A DNA stretch of 59,713 nt from Bacteroidaceae bacterium. GTDB taxonomy: Bacteria > Bacillota > Clostridia > Oscillospirales > Oscillospiraceae. The notes beneath the pieces were generated by a model. It saw only the letters and a program-made list of their open reading frames with translations, was not told the DNA's origin and did not search any database. Positions 34,873 to 43,796 of this stretch are shown in pieces. Within the stretch, counting starts at the first letter, position 1; each line of letters begins with the position of its first letter. Where the stretch lies: assembly GCA_963610045.1 (NCBI GenBank), contig CAVDMS010000001.1, positions 1 to 59,713 of the forward strand, written 5' to 3'. Position numbers and translations under genes: made by a program.

Positions 34873-37353
34873 ATGCAGAATGTACTCAAAAGATCACTTG
34901 CCGGACTGCTCTGCCTGTGCCTCGTCCTGTCCCTTCTGTGGGGTCTCGGCGGCACGGCGTTTGCCGCAAGCAGAAACACCGGCACACGTCACGAGGTCTG
35001 CACCTCTCTCAGCGAGCAGGCGCAGAGCTACTACAGCGGAAAGTATGATTGGGACAGCTTAAGCCAGCTTGACGGCGTTGCGACGGATTCGTCGCTCGAA
35101 GCCATGGACGGCGAGCTGTACAACGCACTGAGCGACCTCATGTCCGACACCATGACAAATAAGGTCAGCTACAGCAGCCTTACGAGCTATTGGACGGACA
35201 CCGACGCCTCCGCAAACGGCGGTCAGATCCTTTGCTACTCGGACGCCGAGAGCAATTCGAGCATCAGCCGTGAGCACGTTTGGCCCAAGAGCCGTGCCAG
35301 CTTCTATCAGAAAAACGGCGGCAGCGACCTGCACCACCTGCGTCCGGAGAACAGCAGCGTCAACTCCACCCGCTCCAACTACACGATGGGCGACGTCGTG
35401 GGCGTGCTTGACAGCTACCGCACCTATCAGTACAACGGAAACAACGTGCTGTACTATCTCCCCAGCGCCGACCTCGTCGAGGTAAACGACAACATTAAGG
35501 GCGACGTTGCACGCATCCTCCTGTACGTCTACGTCCGTTGGGAGCAGCCCAACCTCTGCGAGAACGTCGATTCCTCGAAGCTTCCCGCATTTGACTCCGA
35601 CGACAGCCAGAATAACGGTCTTGCCGTTATCGAGGACCTCGACACCCTGCTTCAGTGGTGCGCAGAGGACCCCGTCGATACTTGGGAAATGAGCCGCAAC
35701 GACTGCATCGAAAGCATTCAGGGCAACCGCAACGTATTCATCGACTACCCCGAATACGCATGGCTCATCTTCGGCAGAGAGGTCCCCGCAGACCTCGTTA
35801 CCCCCTCCGGCGAGGGCAAGGATATGGAAAAGTATGAGATCACCGCCGTCTCCGCAGACCCGGCGATGGGCAGCGTGAGTGTAAAGGGCAGCAAGGTGAT
35901 CGCAGTTCCCGCCTACGGCTACGTCGTCTCCCGTGCGGAGGTCACCCCCGCCGACGCCGCAAAGCTTGACCGTGACGGAAATGTGTTCACGCTCAGCGAG
36001 ATAAAGAGCAACTGCACCGTGAAGGTGTACTTTGAAAAGGCGGCAGCCGTGACGGTGAGCTTTGCGTCGCTCGACGAAATTGCACCCATAAGCACCGTTC
36101 AGGGCGGCAGCGTGACTCTGCCCTCCTGCATGACGGGTGTCGAGGGCTACACCTTCGTCGGCTGGACCCCCACCGAGATAAAGGACGAAACGACCGAAGC
36201 TCCCACCGTTTACAAGGCTGGCAGCAGCTACACCGTCTTTGAGGATACGACGCTCTATGCGCTCTTCTCAAGGACCGAGGAGGGCAGCACCCCCGGCGGC
36301 AGCGCAGCTTTGGTCACCGAGGAGCAGCAGGATTGGAGCGGCACCTATGTCATAGGTCTGCCCACTCCGAAGCGTGACGTCATGATGTCCGACACGGCAG
36401 GCTCCACCGGAGCATACCTCCAGTATAACGATGCGACCATCGCAGACAACTGCATAACGAACGCCGCAAAGAGCAACTACTTCACCCTCGTTAAGGTCGG
36501 CAGCTACTATGCCGTCCGCTCCGACAACGGCAGCTACCTGCGCTGCGACGGCGTTAAGAAAATAAGCCTCGACAACAGCGTGAGCAGCGTTTCGGAGAGC
36601 GACACCGCCTTCCTGTGGAACGTGAGCCTCGGACGCTTTGAGCATTCAAATGCCGCAAACGGCGTCCTGCGCTACAACGCAAGCTCTCCGAGATTCACGA
36701 CCTATCTCGATGCCAGTAATCAGATGGACGTAAAGCTCTATAAGCTCGGCAGCGCCTCGGTCACCTACTACAAGACCTTCGGCGACGTAACGCCTCCCGC
36801 ACCTCCGGCTCCCGTGAATCCCTTCGTCGATGTGAGCGAGGATTCGCTGTATTTCGATGCGGTCATGTGGGCGTACTACCACGAGCCTGAGCAGATAACC
36901 ACCGGCTTCACCGAAACGGAATTCCGTCCCTACGCTCCCTGCACGAGGGGTCAGGTCGTGACCTTCCTGTGGCGCGCCGCAGGCTGCCCCGAGGTCGAGG
37001 GCGACTGCCCGTTTGTCGACGTTGCCGAGGACAGTCCCTACCGCACCGCAATAGCGTGGGCGGCTCAGCAGGGCATAGCTCAGGGCTTCGATGCCGAGCA
37101 TTTCCGTCCCGGTGACCCCGTGACGAGAGCGCAGTTTGTGACCTTCCTTTGGCGCTACGAGGGCAAGCCCGCTTCGTCGGCAGAAAACATATTCACCGAC
37201 GTTGCCGATACGAGCGTGTTCTTCCCCGCAATAATGTGGGCGTATGAAAACGGCGTCACCCTCGGCTACGGCAACAACGATTTCCGCCCCGGCGTGACCT
37301 GCAACCGTTGGCAGGTAGTGGTGTTCATGCAGCGCTGCCTCGACAAAGACTGA
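34873..37353 (+). CDS. secreted endonuclease I family nuclease with Listeria/Bacteroides-type repeat and three C-terminal SLH domains
   Basis: Signal peptide, REHVWPKS and DLHHLRPENSSVNSTRSN nuclease motifs, a GYTFVGW repeat, then 3x F(V/T)DV...F(R)P...TR.Q.V.FLWR SLH units. Confidence 0.85.
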   Translation: MQNVLKRSLAGLLCLCLVLSLLWGLGGTAFAASRNTGTRHEVCTSLSEQAQSYYSGKYDWDSLSQLDGVATDSSLEAMDGELYNALSDLMSDTMTNKVSYSSLTSYWTDTDASANGGQILCYSDAESNSSISREHVWPKSRASFYQKNGGSDLHHLRPENSSVNSTRSNYTMGDVVGVLDSYRTYQYNGNNVLYYLPSADLVEVNDNIKGDVARILLYVYVRWEQPNLCENVDSSKLPAFDSDDSQNNGLAVIEDLDTLLQWCAEDPVDTWEMSRNDCIESIQGNRNVFIDYPEYAWLIFGREVPADLVTPSGEGKDMEKYEITAVSADPAMGSVSVKGSKVIAVPAYGYVVSRAEVTPADAAKLDRDGNVFTLSEIKSNCTVKVYFEKAAAVTVSFASLDEIAPISTVQGGSVTLPSCMTGVEGYTFVGWTPTEIKDETTEAPTVYKAGSSYTVFEDTTLYALFSRTEEGSTPGGSAALVTEEQQDWSGTYVIGLPTPKRDVMMSDTAGSTGAYLQYNDATIADNCITNAAKSNYFTLVKVGSYYAVRSDNGSYLRCDGVKKISLDNSVSSVSESDTAFLWNVSLGRFEHSNAANGVLRYNASSPRFTTYLDASNQMDVKLYKLGSASVTYYKTFGDVTPPAPPAPVNPFVDVSEDSLYFDAVMWAYYHEPEQITTGFTETEFRPYAPCTRGQVVTFLWRAAGCPEVEGDCPFVDVAEDSPYRTAIAWAAQQGIAQGFDAEHFRPGDPVTRAQFVTFLWRYEGKPASSAENIFTDVADTSVFFPAIMWAYENGVTLGYGNNDFRPGVTCNRWQVVVFMQRCLDKD

Positions 37354-37363
37354 GATAACTCCG

Positions 37364-37390
37364 AAGGGAGACGGTTTGCCGTCTCCCTTT
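37364..37390 (+). terminator. rho-independent terminator
   Basis: AAGGGAGACGG-TTTG-CCGTCTCCCTT followed by T. Confidence 0.65.
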
Positions 37391-37645
37391 GTCCGTCTAA
37401 AAACTCTTGACAAAACGTCAAAAAGGTAACATAATGGTGACACTGCGCCCTCACGGGCATTTTCAGCCGCGGCGATATAGGAAAAACGGCCTTAAAATCG
37501 GTAATATTTTTAACACTTGCCAAAGTTTGTTGTTGAATTTGTGTACAAACTGTGTTAAAATCCTAATGATAGGGTTGCAGTAAACTGCTATTCAAGTAAA
37601 CTAACGGATCGTCACCGTTAATAATAAGAAGAAAGGAAACATACT

Positions 37646-39709
37646 ATGAACGAAAAGTATAATGCCCTGTTTACTCCCTTCAAGATTGGTAATGTGGAAA
37701 TCAAAAACCGCATAGTCCAGTGTTCGATGGGCGGTACCTCCCTGTTTGGCTGGCTCGAGCCCTGCCACTTCGACAAGGAAGCCGCATACTTCCTGCTCCA
37801 GAGAGCACAGAAAGGTGTTGGCCTGGTACTTCCCGGTATGCAGTGCGTTCGCGACACCATGGGCCGTCGTTGGCTCTACCAGAACAAGAAGATGTTCAAA
37901 GAGCTCAAGCCCTACATGGAAGAGTTCCACAAGACCGGCGCAAAGCTGTTCATCCAGCTGGCAGCAGGCTTCGGCCGCTCCATGGCAGTTACCCCCTGGA
38001 TGGTCGCTCTGGGCAAGAACCCCATCCTGAACAAGATCGCTTCCCCCATCGTTGACGTACAGTACTCCTGTGCTTCCGCTTCCGAGACTCCTAACCGCTG
38101 GGCTGAGGATATGCCTTCCCGTCCCATGACCGTTAAGGAGATCCGTGAGATGGTAGACGCTTTCGGTAAGACCGCAAAGATGCTGCGTGACGCAGGCGTT
38201 GACGGCGTTGAGATCCACGCTGTTCACGAAGGCTACCTCCTCGACCAGTTCACCATGGAAAACTGGAACCATCGTACCGACGAGTACGGCGGCAGCTTCG
38301 AGAACCGTTTCCGCTTCCCCGTTGAGATCGTACAGTGCATCAAGAAGTACGCCGGCGAAGACTTCCCCGTATCCCTCCGTTACTCCGTCAAGTCCTACAC
38401 CAAGACTTGGGGCAAGGGCGCAGTTCCCGGCGAAGAGTTCGTAGAGTGGGGCCGTGACTACGAAGAGTCCAAGAAGGCAATCAAGTACCTCGGCGACATG
38501 GGCTATGACTTCTTCAACTGCGACAACGGTACTTACGACGCATGGTACTGGGCACATCCGCCTCAGTACATGCCCGACAACTGCAACCTCGCAGACGTCG
38601 AAATGATCAGAAATTACACCGACAAGCCCGTGGCTTGCGCAGGCCGTATGCTTCCCGAGACCGCTGCAGCAGAGATCGCAGCCGGCCGTCTCGACGCTGT
38701 TGCAATCGCTCGTCAGAACCTCGTTGACCCCGACTGGATCCTCAAGATTCAGGAAGGCAAGGAAGACGAGATCAAGCCCTGCATCCGCTGCCACAACGGC
38801 TGCTTCAACTTTGCAAAGTACAAGGGCACCGCAAACATCCAGGGTCTGGAAGACTCCCTGCACCTTGGCCGCTGCGCTCTTCATCCTCCCACGATGCAGC
38901 ACAACCGCTACAAGATCGTTCCCACCAACAAGCCCAAGAAGGTCGCCATCATCGGCGCCGGCATCGGCGGCTGCGAGGCAGCTCTCGTCCTCAAGCAGCG
39001 TGGTCACAACCCCGTTGTCTTCGAGAAGGATGACCGTATCGGCGGTCTGTTCCTCACCGCTTCCGCAATGAGCTTCAAGGAGAACGATAAGGAGCTTATC
39101 GCTTGGTACGAGAAGGAAGTTAAGAAGCAGGGCATCGACATCCGCTTCAACACCGAGATCAACGACCTGGGCGTTATCGCACGTCAGTTTGACGAGATCA
39201 TCGTCGCAACCGGCGCAACTCCCAGAAAGATGGCAATTCCCGGCTTCGAGAAGTGCCTGAACTTCACCCAGCTCCTCCGCGAGAAGTACCCCGTTGGCGA
39301 CAAAGTCGTGTTCTTCGGCGGCGGCCAGTCCGCTTGTGAGGCTGCATACGAGATGGTCCTCCAGGGCAAGCACCCCATCATCGTAGAGTATGCAAAGGAC
39401 CTCGTTCCCGCACAGAACGTCTGCCTGTCCAACGCTTCCTTCCTGCGTGATGTTCTCGAGTACCACAAGGTTCCCACCTACCTCGAGCACACCATTAAGG
39501 AGATCAAGGATAAGACCGTCGTTATTGCTTCCAAGGACGGCAAGAACGTCATCGAGGTCGAATATGATAACATCGTAAACGGCATCGGATTCGTTCCCCA
39601 GCCTGTCGGCGGCAAGGGCAAGAACATTCACCGTGTCGGTGACTGTGTTGCAATCGGCAACCTGCGTACCGCTATCTGGCGCGCATGGGATGTCTGCATG
39701 AAGATCTAA
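37646..39709 (+). CDS. 2-enoate reductase-like flavoenzyme (OYE TIM barrel + 4Fe-4S + FAD/NAD(P)-binding domain)
   Basis: HAVHEGYLLDQF OYE motif, CIRCHNGC...C cluster motif and VAIIGAGIGGCEAA dinucleotide fold. 687 aa. Substrate unknown. Confidence 0.85.
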   Translation: MNEKYNALFTPFKIGNVEIKNRIVQCSMGGTSLFGWLEPCHFDKEAAYFLLQRAQKGVGLVLPGMQCVRDTMGRRWLYQNKKMFKELKPYMEEFHKTGAKLFIQLAAGFGRSMAVTPWMVALGKNPILNKIASPIVDVQYSCASASETPNRWAEDMPSRPMTVKEIREMVDAFGKTAKMLRDAGVDGVEIHAVHEGYLLDQFTMENWNHRTDEYGGSFENRFRFPVEIVQCIKKYAGEDFPVSLRYSVKSYTKTWGKGAVPGEEFVEWGRDYEESKKAIKYLGDMGYDFFNCDNGTYDAWYWAHPPQYMPDNCNLADVEMIRNYTDKPVACAGRMLPETAAAEIAAGRLDAVAIARQNLVDPDWILKIQEGKEDEIKPCIRCHNGCFNFAKYKGTANIQGLEDSLHLGRCALHPPTMQHNRYKIVPTNKPKKVAIIGAGIGGCEAALVLKQRGHNPVVFEKDDRIGGLFLTASAMSFKENDKELIAWYEKEVKKQGIDIRFNTEINDLGVIARQFDEIIVATGATPRKMAIPGFEKCLNFTQLLREKYPVGDKVVFFGGGQSACEAAYEMVLQGKHPIIVEYAKDLVPAQNVCLSNASFLRDVLEYHKVPTYLEHTIKEIKDKTVVIASKDGKNVIEVEYDNIVNGIGFVPQPVGGKGKNIHRVGDCVAIGNLRTAIWRAWDVCMKI

Positions 39710-39742
39710 TCTTCTGCTGCACACCGTAACAGAATAAGCTTG

Positions 39743-39775
39743 ACGGGGCAGGTCATTTGACCTGCCCCGTTTTTT
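39743..39775 (+). terminator. rho-independent terminator
   Basis: ACGGGGCAGGTC-ATTT-GACCTGCCCCGT followed by TTTTT. Confidence 0.85.
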
Positions 39776-39949
39776 GCGCCGAAAAGTCCGAGAAATCGGA
39801 CTTTTTTAATTTTTAAAAGTGAACAAATTGTAAACATAAATAAAAATTCCGATTTTCTGCAAGATTATACAAAAGTCTCCGTCTTTAATGGTGAGCGCAC
39901 AATTGGGGGATTGGCGCACAGTGCCGAATAAATGAAAGCGGAGGATATT

Positions 39950-41257
39950 ATGACCGAAATTAATAAATCACGCCTACTGAAGGTGCTGAGCGTGCTGCTG
40001 GCAGCGATAATACTGCTATGCGCGATCTTTACCCCGAAAGCCGACGCAATTTCCGAGGAGGACTACTACGAAAATGCGGTCCTTTACTGGACGAACGTTG
40101 AACGTGCAAGACACGGTCTTGCGGCGCTCAAGACGACGGATGCGCTCAGTAACGCCTCATACACGAGAGCAAAGGAGCTGCTCACGAAATATGACCACAC
40201 CCGTCCCAACGGTAAACGTTGGACGACGGTGTTTGCCGCAAACGGCATCAGCTACGGCTGTGCGGCGGAAAACATAGCGGTCGGCTACTCGAACCCGTGC
40301 AGCGTTGTTAATGCGTGGATGGAGTCCACGGGACACCGCAACAACATACTGAGCGAAAAGTACGCTTACATGGGTTCCGGCTACTATTATACGAACTCCG
40401 GATACAAAAATCACTGGGAGCAGCTTTTTGCCGGTAAGGTCACCTATTACGATGCACGGGACACGTTTTACGTTGCACCGACGGGGCTCAAGCTTGACAA
40501 GAAAAGCCTTGGTCTTGCGGTGAACGAAAGCGCTACGGTGACGGGAATCCCCCAACCCGTGTATGCGACCGAGGAGGTCATCTGCACAAGCTCCGATCCG
40601 AACACAGTCAGCGTTGTGAGCACGCAGGTGAACGTGATAACGGTCAAGGGTCTGCGTGACGGCAAGGCGACGCTTACGATCCGCTGCGGCGCTTACTCGA
40701 AAACGCTTGACGTCACGGTGGGCAGCGGCAAGAGCGCAAGCCCGTACTACGACGTAAGCCCGGACGCAAAATACTTCGACGCCGTCATGTGGGCGACGAA
40801 AAACGGCATAACCAACGGCACTGACGCAACGCATTTTTCACCCGACTCAAGCTGCACGAGGGGGCAGGTCGTGACCTTCCTGTGGCGCGCCGCCGGATGC
40901 CCGGAGCCGAGGCGCACGACGAATCCCTTTGTTGACGTGCAGAAAGGCTCCTACTGCTACAAGGCGGTGTTGTGGGCATACGAAAACGGCATAACGAACG
41001 GCACGGATGCAAGGCACTTCTCGCCGGGGAACACGATCCCCAAGCAGCAGGCGATAGCGTTGATATACAACTTCTGCGGCAAGCCTGCGGTGAGCGGAAC
41101 CGTGCCTTACACCGATGTATATCCCGGCACCTATTATTACAAGGCGGTGCTGTGGGCGTACAAAAACGGCATTGCGGAGGGCGGCAGTACCTTCGGCGTG
41201 GGCTATGCCTGTCCGAGGTGGCAGCTTGTGCAGTATCTGTACCTCGCAATGAATTAA
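39950..41257 (+). CDS. secreted CAP (SCP/PR-1-like) domain protein with Big_2 domain and three SLH domains
   Basis: Signal peptide, GHRNNIL CAP motif, an Ig-like segment (LKLDKKSL...ATLTIRCG) and three SLH units. Start at the ATG 39950 after GGAGGA. Confidence 0.85.
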   Translation: MTEINKSRLLKVLSVLLAAIILLCAIFTPKADAISEEDYYENAVLYWTNVERARHGLAALKTTDALSNASYTRAKELLTKYDHTRPNGKRWTTVFAANGISYGCAAENIAVGYSNPCSVVNAWMESTGHRNNILSEKYAYMGSGYYYTNSGYKNHWEQLFAGKVTYYDARDTFYVAPTGLKLDKKSLGLAVNESATVTGIPQPVYATEEVICTSSDPNTVSVVSTQVNVITVKGLRDGKATLTIRCGAYSKTLDVTVGSGKSASPYYDVSPDAKYFDAVMWATKNGITNGTDATHFSPDSSCTRGQVVTFLWRAAGCPEPRRTTNPFVDVQKGSYCYKAVLWAYENGITNGTDARHFSPGNTIPKQQAIALIYNFCGKPAVSGTVPYTDVYPGTYYYKAVLWAYKNGIAEGGSTFGVGYACPRWQLVQYLYLAMN

Positions 41258-41330
41258 AACTGACAGTTTCCTCGATTTGCGGGGATCAGCTCCCGCAAAT
41301 CGAATACTCCTTTCTCCATCCCCCCAAGAG

Positions 41331-41369
41331 ACCGATGCTTCCCCCAAAGCATCGGTCTCAAACCGTTTT
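41331..41369 (+). repeat. 39-nt hairpin repeat, copy 1
   Basis: ACCGATGCTTCCCCCAAAGCATCGGTCTCAAACCGTTTT is identical to 41601-41639. Confidence 0.85.
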
Positions 41370-41600
41370 AGGGGGGCAGAGGAAATGAACGCAGAGCGTA
41401 AAAACCAATACGCAGCAGGGGAGTTTGAGGGGACAAGGTCCCGCTCAAAATTAAATTATAGCCATCAAAAACGTTTGATTTCCGTGAAATTAACTTTTAC
41501 AGAAATCAGACTTTTTGACGAGCGAAGCGAGGTTTTTTGTAAAGCGCCGCTTTACAAAAAACGTGGCGTTGTTAAGCCCGCAAACTTTTTTGCGGGCTTA

Positions 41601-41639
41601 ACCGATGCTTCCCCCAAAGCATCGGTCTCAAACCGTTTT
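41601..41639 (+). repeat. 39-nt hairpin repeat, copy 2
   Basis: 39/39 identity to 41331-41369, exactly 270 bp downstream. Confidence 0.85.
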
Positions 41640-41686
41640 GGGGAGTGGTTACCTCATCTTGTTTTGCGCTAAAGGTTTGCGAAAAG

Positions 41687-41913
41687 TCTCTCCCTCAGTC
41701 AGCTACGCTGACAGCTCCCTCGTCAGAGGGAGCCATGAACCGGAGCTTGTCTCGCTGCGGCAAAAGAAACATACTGCGGTGCTATTTTCAAAAAAGCAAA
41801 TGAGAGTTATGAGACATCTCAAAGCGTTTATCTTAGCCAAAATGACCGCCATTCTCATGCCTCCCTCTGACGAGGGAGGTGTCAAAACCGTCAGGTTTTG
41901 ACGGAGGGAGAGA
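41687..41913 (+). mobile_element. 227-bp MITE-like non-autonomous element, copy B
   Basis: Terminal inverted repeats TCTCTCCCTCAGTC / GACGGAGGGAGAGA (13/14). Four internal hairpins with GTCA/TGAC loops. A second copy lies at 1-203. No coding capacity. Confidence 0.6.
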
Positions 41914-42019
41914 TGACGCAGCGGCTCTTTTCGCAATAAAAACAACATACAACGTAGCAAATAAAATAAAAATGCAAAGCTCCGCAACGCATTGAAAACA
42001 CAAGGAAAATTAAAGGCTT

Positions 42020-42094
42020 TCTCTCCCTCAGTCAGCTACGCTGACAGCTCCCTTGGAAGTGTTGAGCCATGAAATGGAGATTGTCTTGTTGCAG
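42020..42094 (+). repeat. partial, degenerate left-end copy of the MITE-like element
   Basis: TCTCTCCCTCAGTCAGCTACGCTGACAGCTCCCT is identical to the copy B left end, then diverges and the second hairpin is destroyed. Confidence 0.6.
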
Positions 42095-42122
42095 AGCCTG
42101 AGGGAACACGACATAAATATCA

Positions 42123-42173
42123 ATAAAAATCAGAAGCCCCGCTGACCGGGAGTCACCCGGAAAGCGGAGCTTC
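42123..42173 (-). terminator. rho-independent terminator of the catabolic operon
   Basis: Minus strand GAAGCTCCGCT...AGCGGGGCTTC stem followed by TGATTTTTATT. Confidence 0.6.
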
Positions 42174-42281
42174 TTTTAGTGAACGAGATTCGGCTGAACA
42201 GGAGAGGAACACAGCCGAAAGGGTAGCGATAGTAGGGAACATTTGTGCGCTGCGGGGGGCGTCAGCTTATGCCGCAAAGAA

Positions 42282-43058
42282 TCATCCGATGGTCTTGCCG
42301 CCGTCGCAGACAAAGTTTGCGCCGTTAACGTAGGACGCCTCGTCCGAGAGCAGGAAGCAAACGACGTTTGCCATCTCTTCGGGGGTACTCGGTCTGTCCA
42401 TGGTGCCGTTTTTGAGAGCGGTCTTCTCGGTCTTTACGCCCTTGGTCACCTCGTACTGGGCGAGGATGCTGTCAAGCATTTCGGTATCGACCCAACCGGG
42501 GGAGAAGCAGTTTACACGTACGCCGTTGTGACCGTTTTCGCCTGCGGCGTTCATGGTCATGCCCATGACTGCAAACTTGCTCGAACCGTAGCCGATCTCA
42601 AGCTGGTAGCCTCTCATGCCGGAGCAGGAGCAGGTGTTGACGATCGAGCCGAGGTGGTTTCTCTGCATGATGGGCAGAACGTACTTCATGGTGAGGAAGG
42701 TGCCGAAAACGTTGATGCTGTAAACCTTTTTGAAGTCCTCAAAGGTGTAGTCCTCGACTCTTTCGCTCGGACCGGGGATGCCTGCGATGTTGCAGAGGTA
42801 ATCAATGTGGCCGTACTTTGCCTCGACCTGAGCAATTGCGTTCTTAACGGATTCCTCGTCGCTCACGTCAACGCTCATCGGCCAGCAGCGGTCTGCGCCT
42901 ATGGCATCGACGGTTTTCTGCAGGGCCGAGAGCCTTCTGCCGAAGATGACGACCATCTCTGCGCCTTCACGGGCGAGCTTCTTTGCTACGGCTGCGCCTA
43001 TGCCGCTGCCGCCGCCGGTCACTATTGCGACTCTTCCTGCGAATCTTTCGGTGTTCAT
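42282..43058 (-). CDS. SDR family oxidoreductase (3-hydroxyacid/3-oxoacyl reductase-like)
   Basis: VTGGGSGIGAAVA and YGSSK motifs. 258 aa. Confidence 0.9.
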   Translation of the reverse strand: MNTERFAGRVAIVTGGGSGIGAAVAKKLAREGAEMVVIFGRRLSALQKTVDAIGADRCWPMSVDVSDEESVKNAIAQVEAKYGHIDYLCNIAGIPGPSERVEDYTFEDFKKVYSINVFGTFLTMKYVLPIMQRNHLGSIVNTCSCSGMRGYQLEIGYGSSKFAVMGMTMNAAGENGHNGVRVNCFSPGWVDTEMLDSILAQYEVTKGVKTEKTALKNGTMDRPSTPEEMANVVCFLLSDEASYVNGANFVCDGGKTIG

Positions 43059-43070
43059 ATTGACCTCCTT

Positions 43071-43796
43071 TTATTCGATCATATCGGCTACATCGTCCGC
43101 AAAGTAAAGCTTTGCGCCGGTGCTTGCGATAATGTCCTCACGGGTGACGTTTTTTGCCTTTGCAACGACGGTAAGCCGACCCGGCTTGCAGTCGATGATG
43201 CATTTTTCTGTGACTATGGTGTCCACGCAGCCGACCGCAGTAAGCGGCAGCGTGCATTTTTCTACGATCTTGGGCGCACCCTTTTTCGTGCAATGCTCCA
43301 TTGCAATGATGACTCGCTTTGCGCCGGAGACGATATCCATTGCGCCGCCCATTCCGTTGAGCTTGACGCCGGGGATCTTCCAGTTGGCGAGATTGCAGGC
43401 CTCGTCGACCTGAAGCGCACCGAGTACCGTTGCGTCAAGATGACCGCCGCGGGCGATGCCGAACGCCATGCAGGAGTCGCAGCAGGCAGCGCCGGGGATG
43501 AGCTTTATGACCTCGCCGCTTGCGTTGCACAGATCTCTGTGCCATGTTTTCCAGCTTCCTTTTTCGCCGCCGTACTCTTCGAGCCATTCGATGTGGCTCT
43601 CACGGGTCGTCGAGTCCCAGGGGAAGCCGCCTGCCTCGCCTGCGCCCACGGCGCCGTTTTCGGCGTGGAAGAAGACCTGAATGCCATCCGGAACGTAGCT
43701 GCTTGCAAGGGTCGGGATGCCGACGCCGAGGTTTACGACGTCACCGTCCGAAAACATACGGGCGACGTTTTTTGCGATGAAGTTTCTGTTGTCCAT
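43071..43796 (-). CDS. 3-oxoacid CoA-transferase subunit B
   Basis: FFHAENGAVG (catalytic-Glu ENG motif). 241 aa. Start overlaps the subunit A stop by 1 nt. Confidence 0.9.
   Translation of the reverse strand: MDNRNFIAKNVARMFSDGDVVNLGVGIPTLASSYVPDGIQVFFHAENGAVGAGEAGGFPWDSTTRESHIEWLEEYGGEKGSWKTWHRDLCNASGEVIKLIPGAACCDSCMAFGIARGGHLDATVLGALQVDEACNLANWKIPGVKLNGMGGAMDIVSGAKRVIIAMEHCTKKGAPKIVEKCTLPLTAVGCVDTIVTEKCIIDCKPGRLTVVAKAKNVTREDIIASTGAKLYFADDVADMIE

Noticed and set aside
37646-39709. Assigning a specific substrate (cinnamate, bile acid, bilirubin, dienoyl-CoA) to the OYE/Fe-S/FAD reductase
   Set aside because: By eye the sequence shows only the generic family motifs (HEGY, CxxCxxxC, GxGxxG). 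Substrate-defining residues need an alignment and phylogeny that I cannot run.
37601-39724. 707-aa minus-strand ORF covering the entire enoate-reductase gene
   Set aside because: It is the codon-aligned antisense frame of a strongly codon-biased gene, where the sense codons TTA/CTA/TCA are absent. It has no SD, and its low-complexity D/G/V/L/A composition is typical of antisense translation in GC-rich DNA.
41258-42130. Possible CRISPR array suggested by recurring palindromic units
   Set aside because: Only two or three copies of each unit are present, spacing is irregular, the repeats belong to different families, and there are no cas genes in the window.
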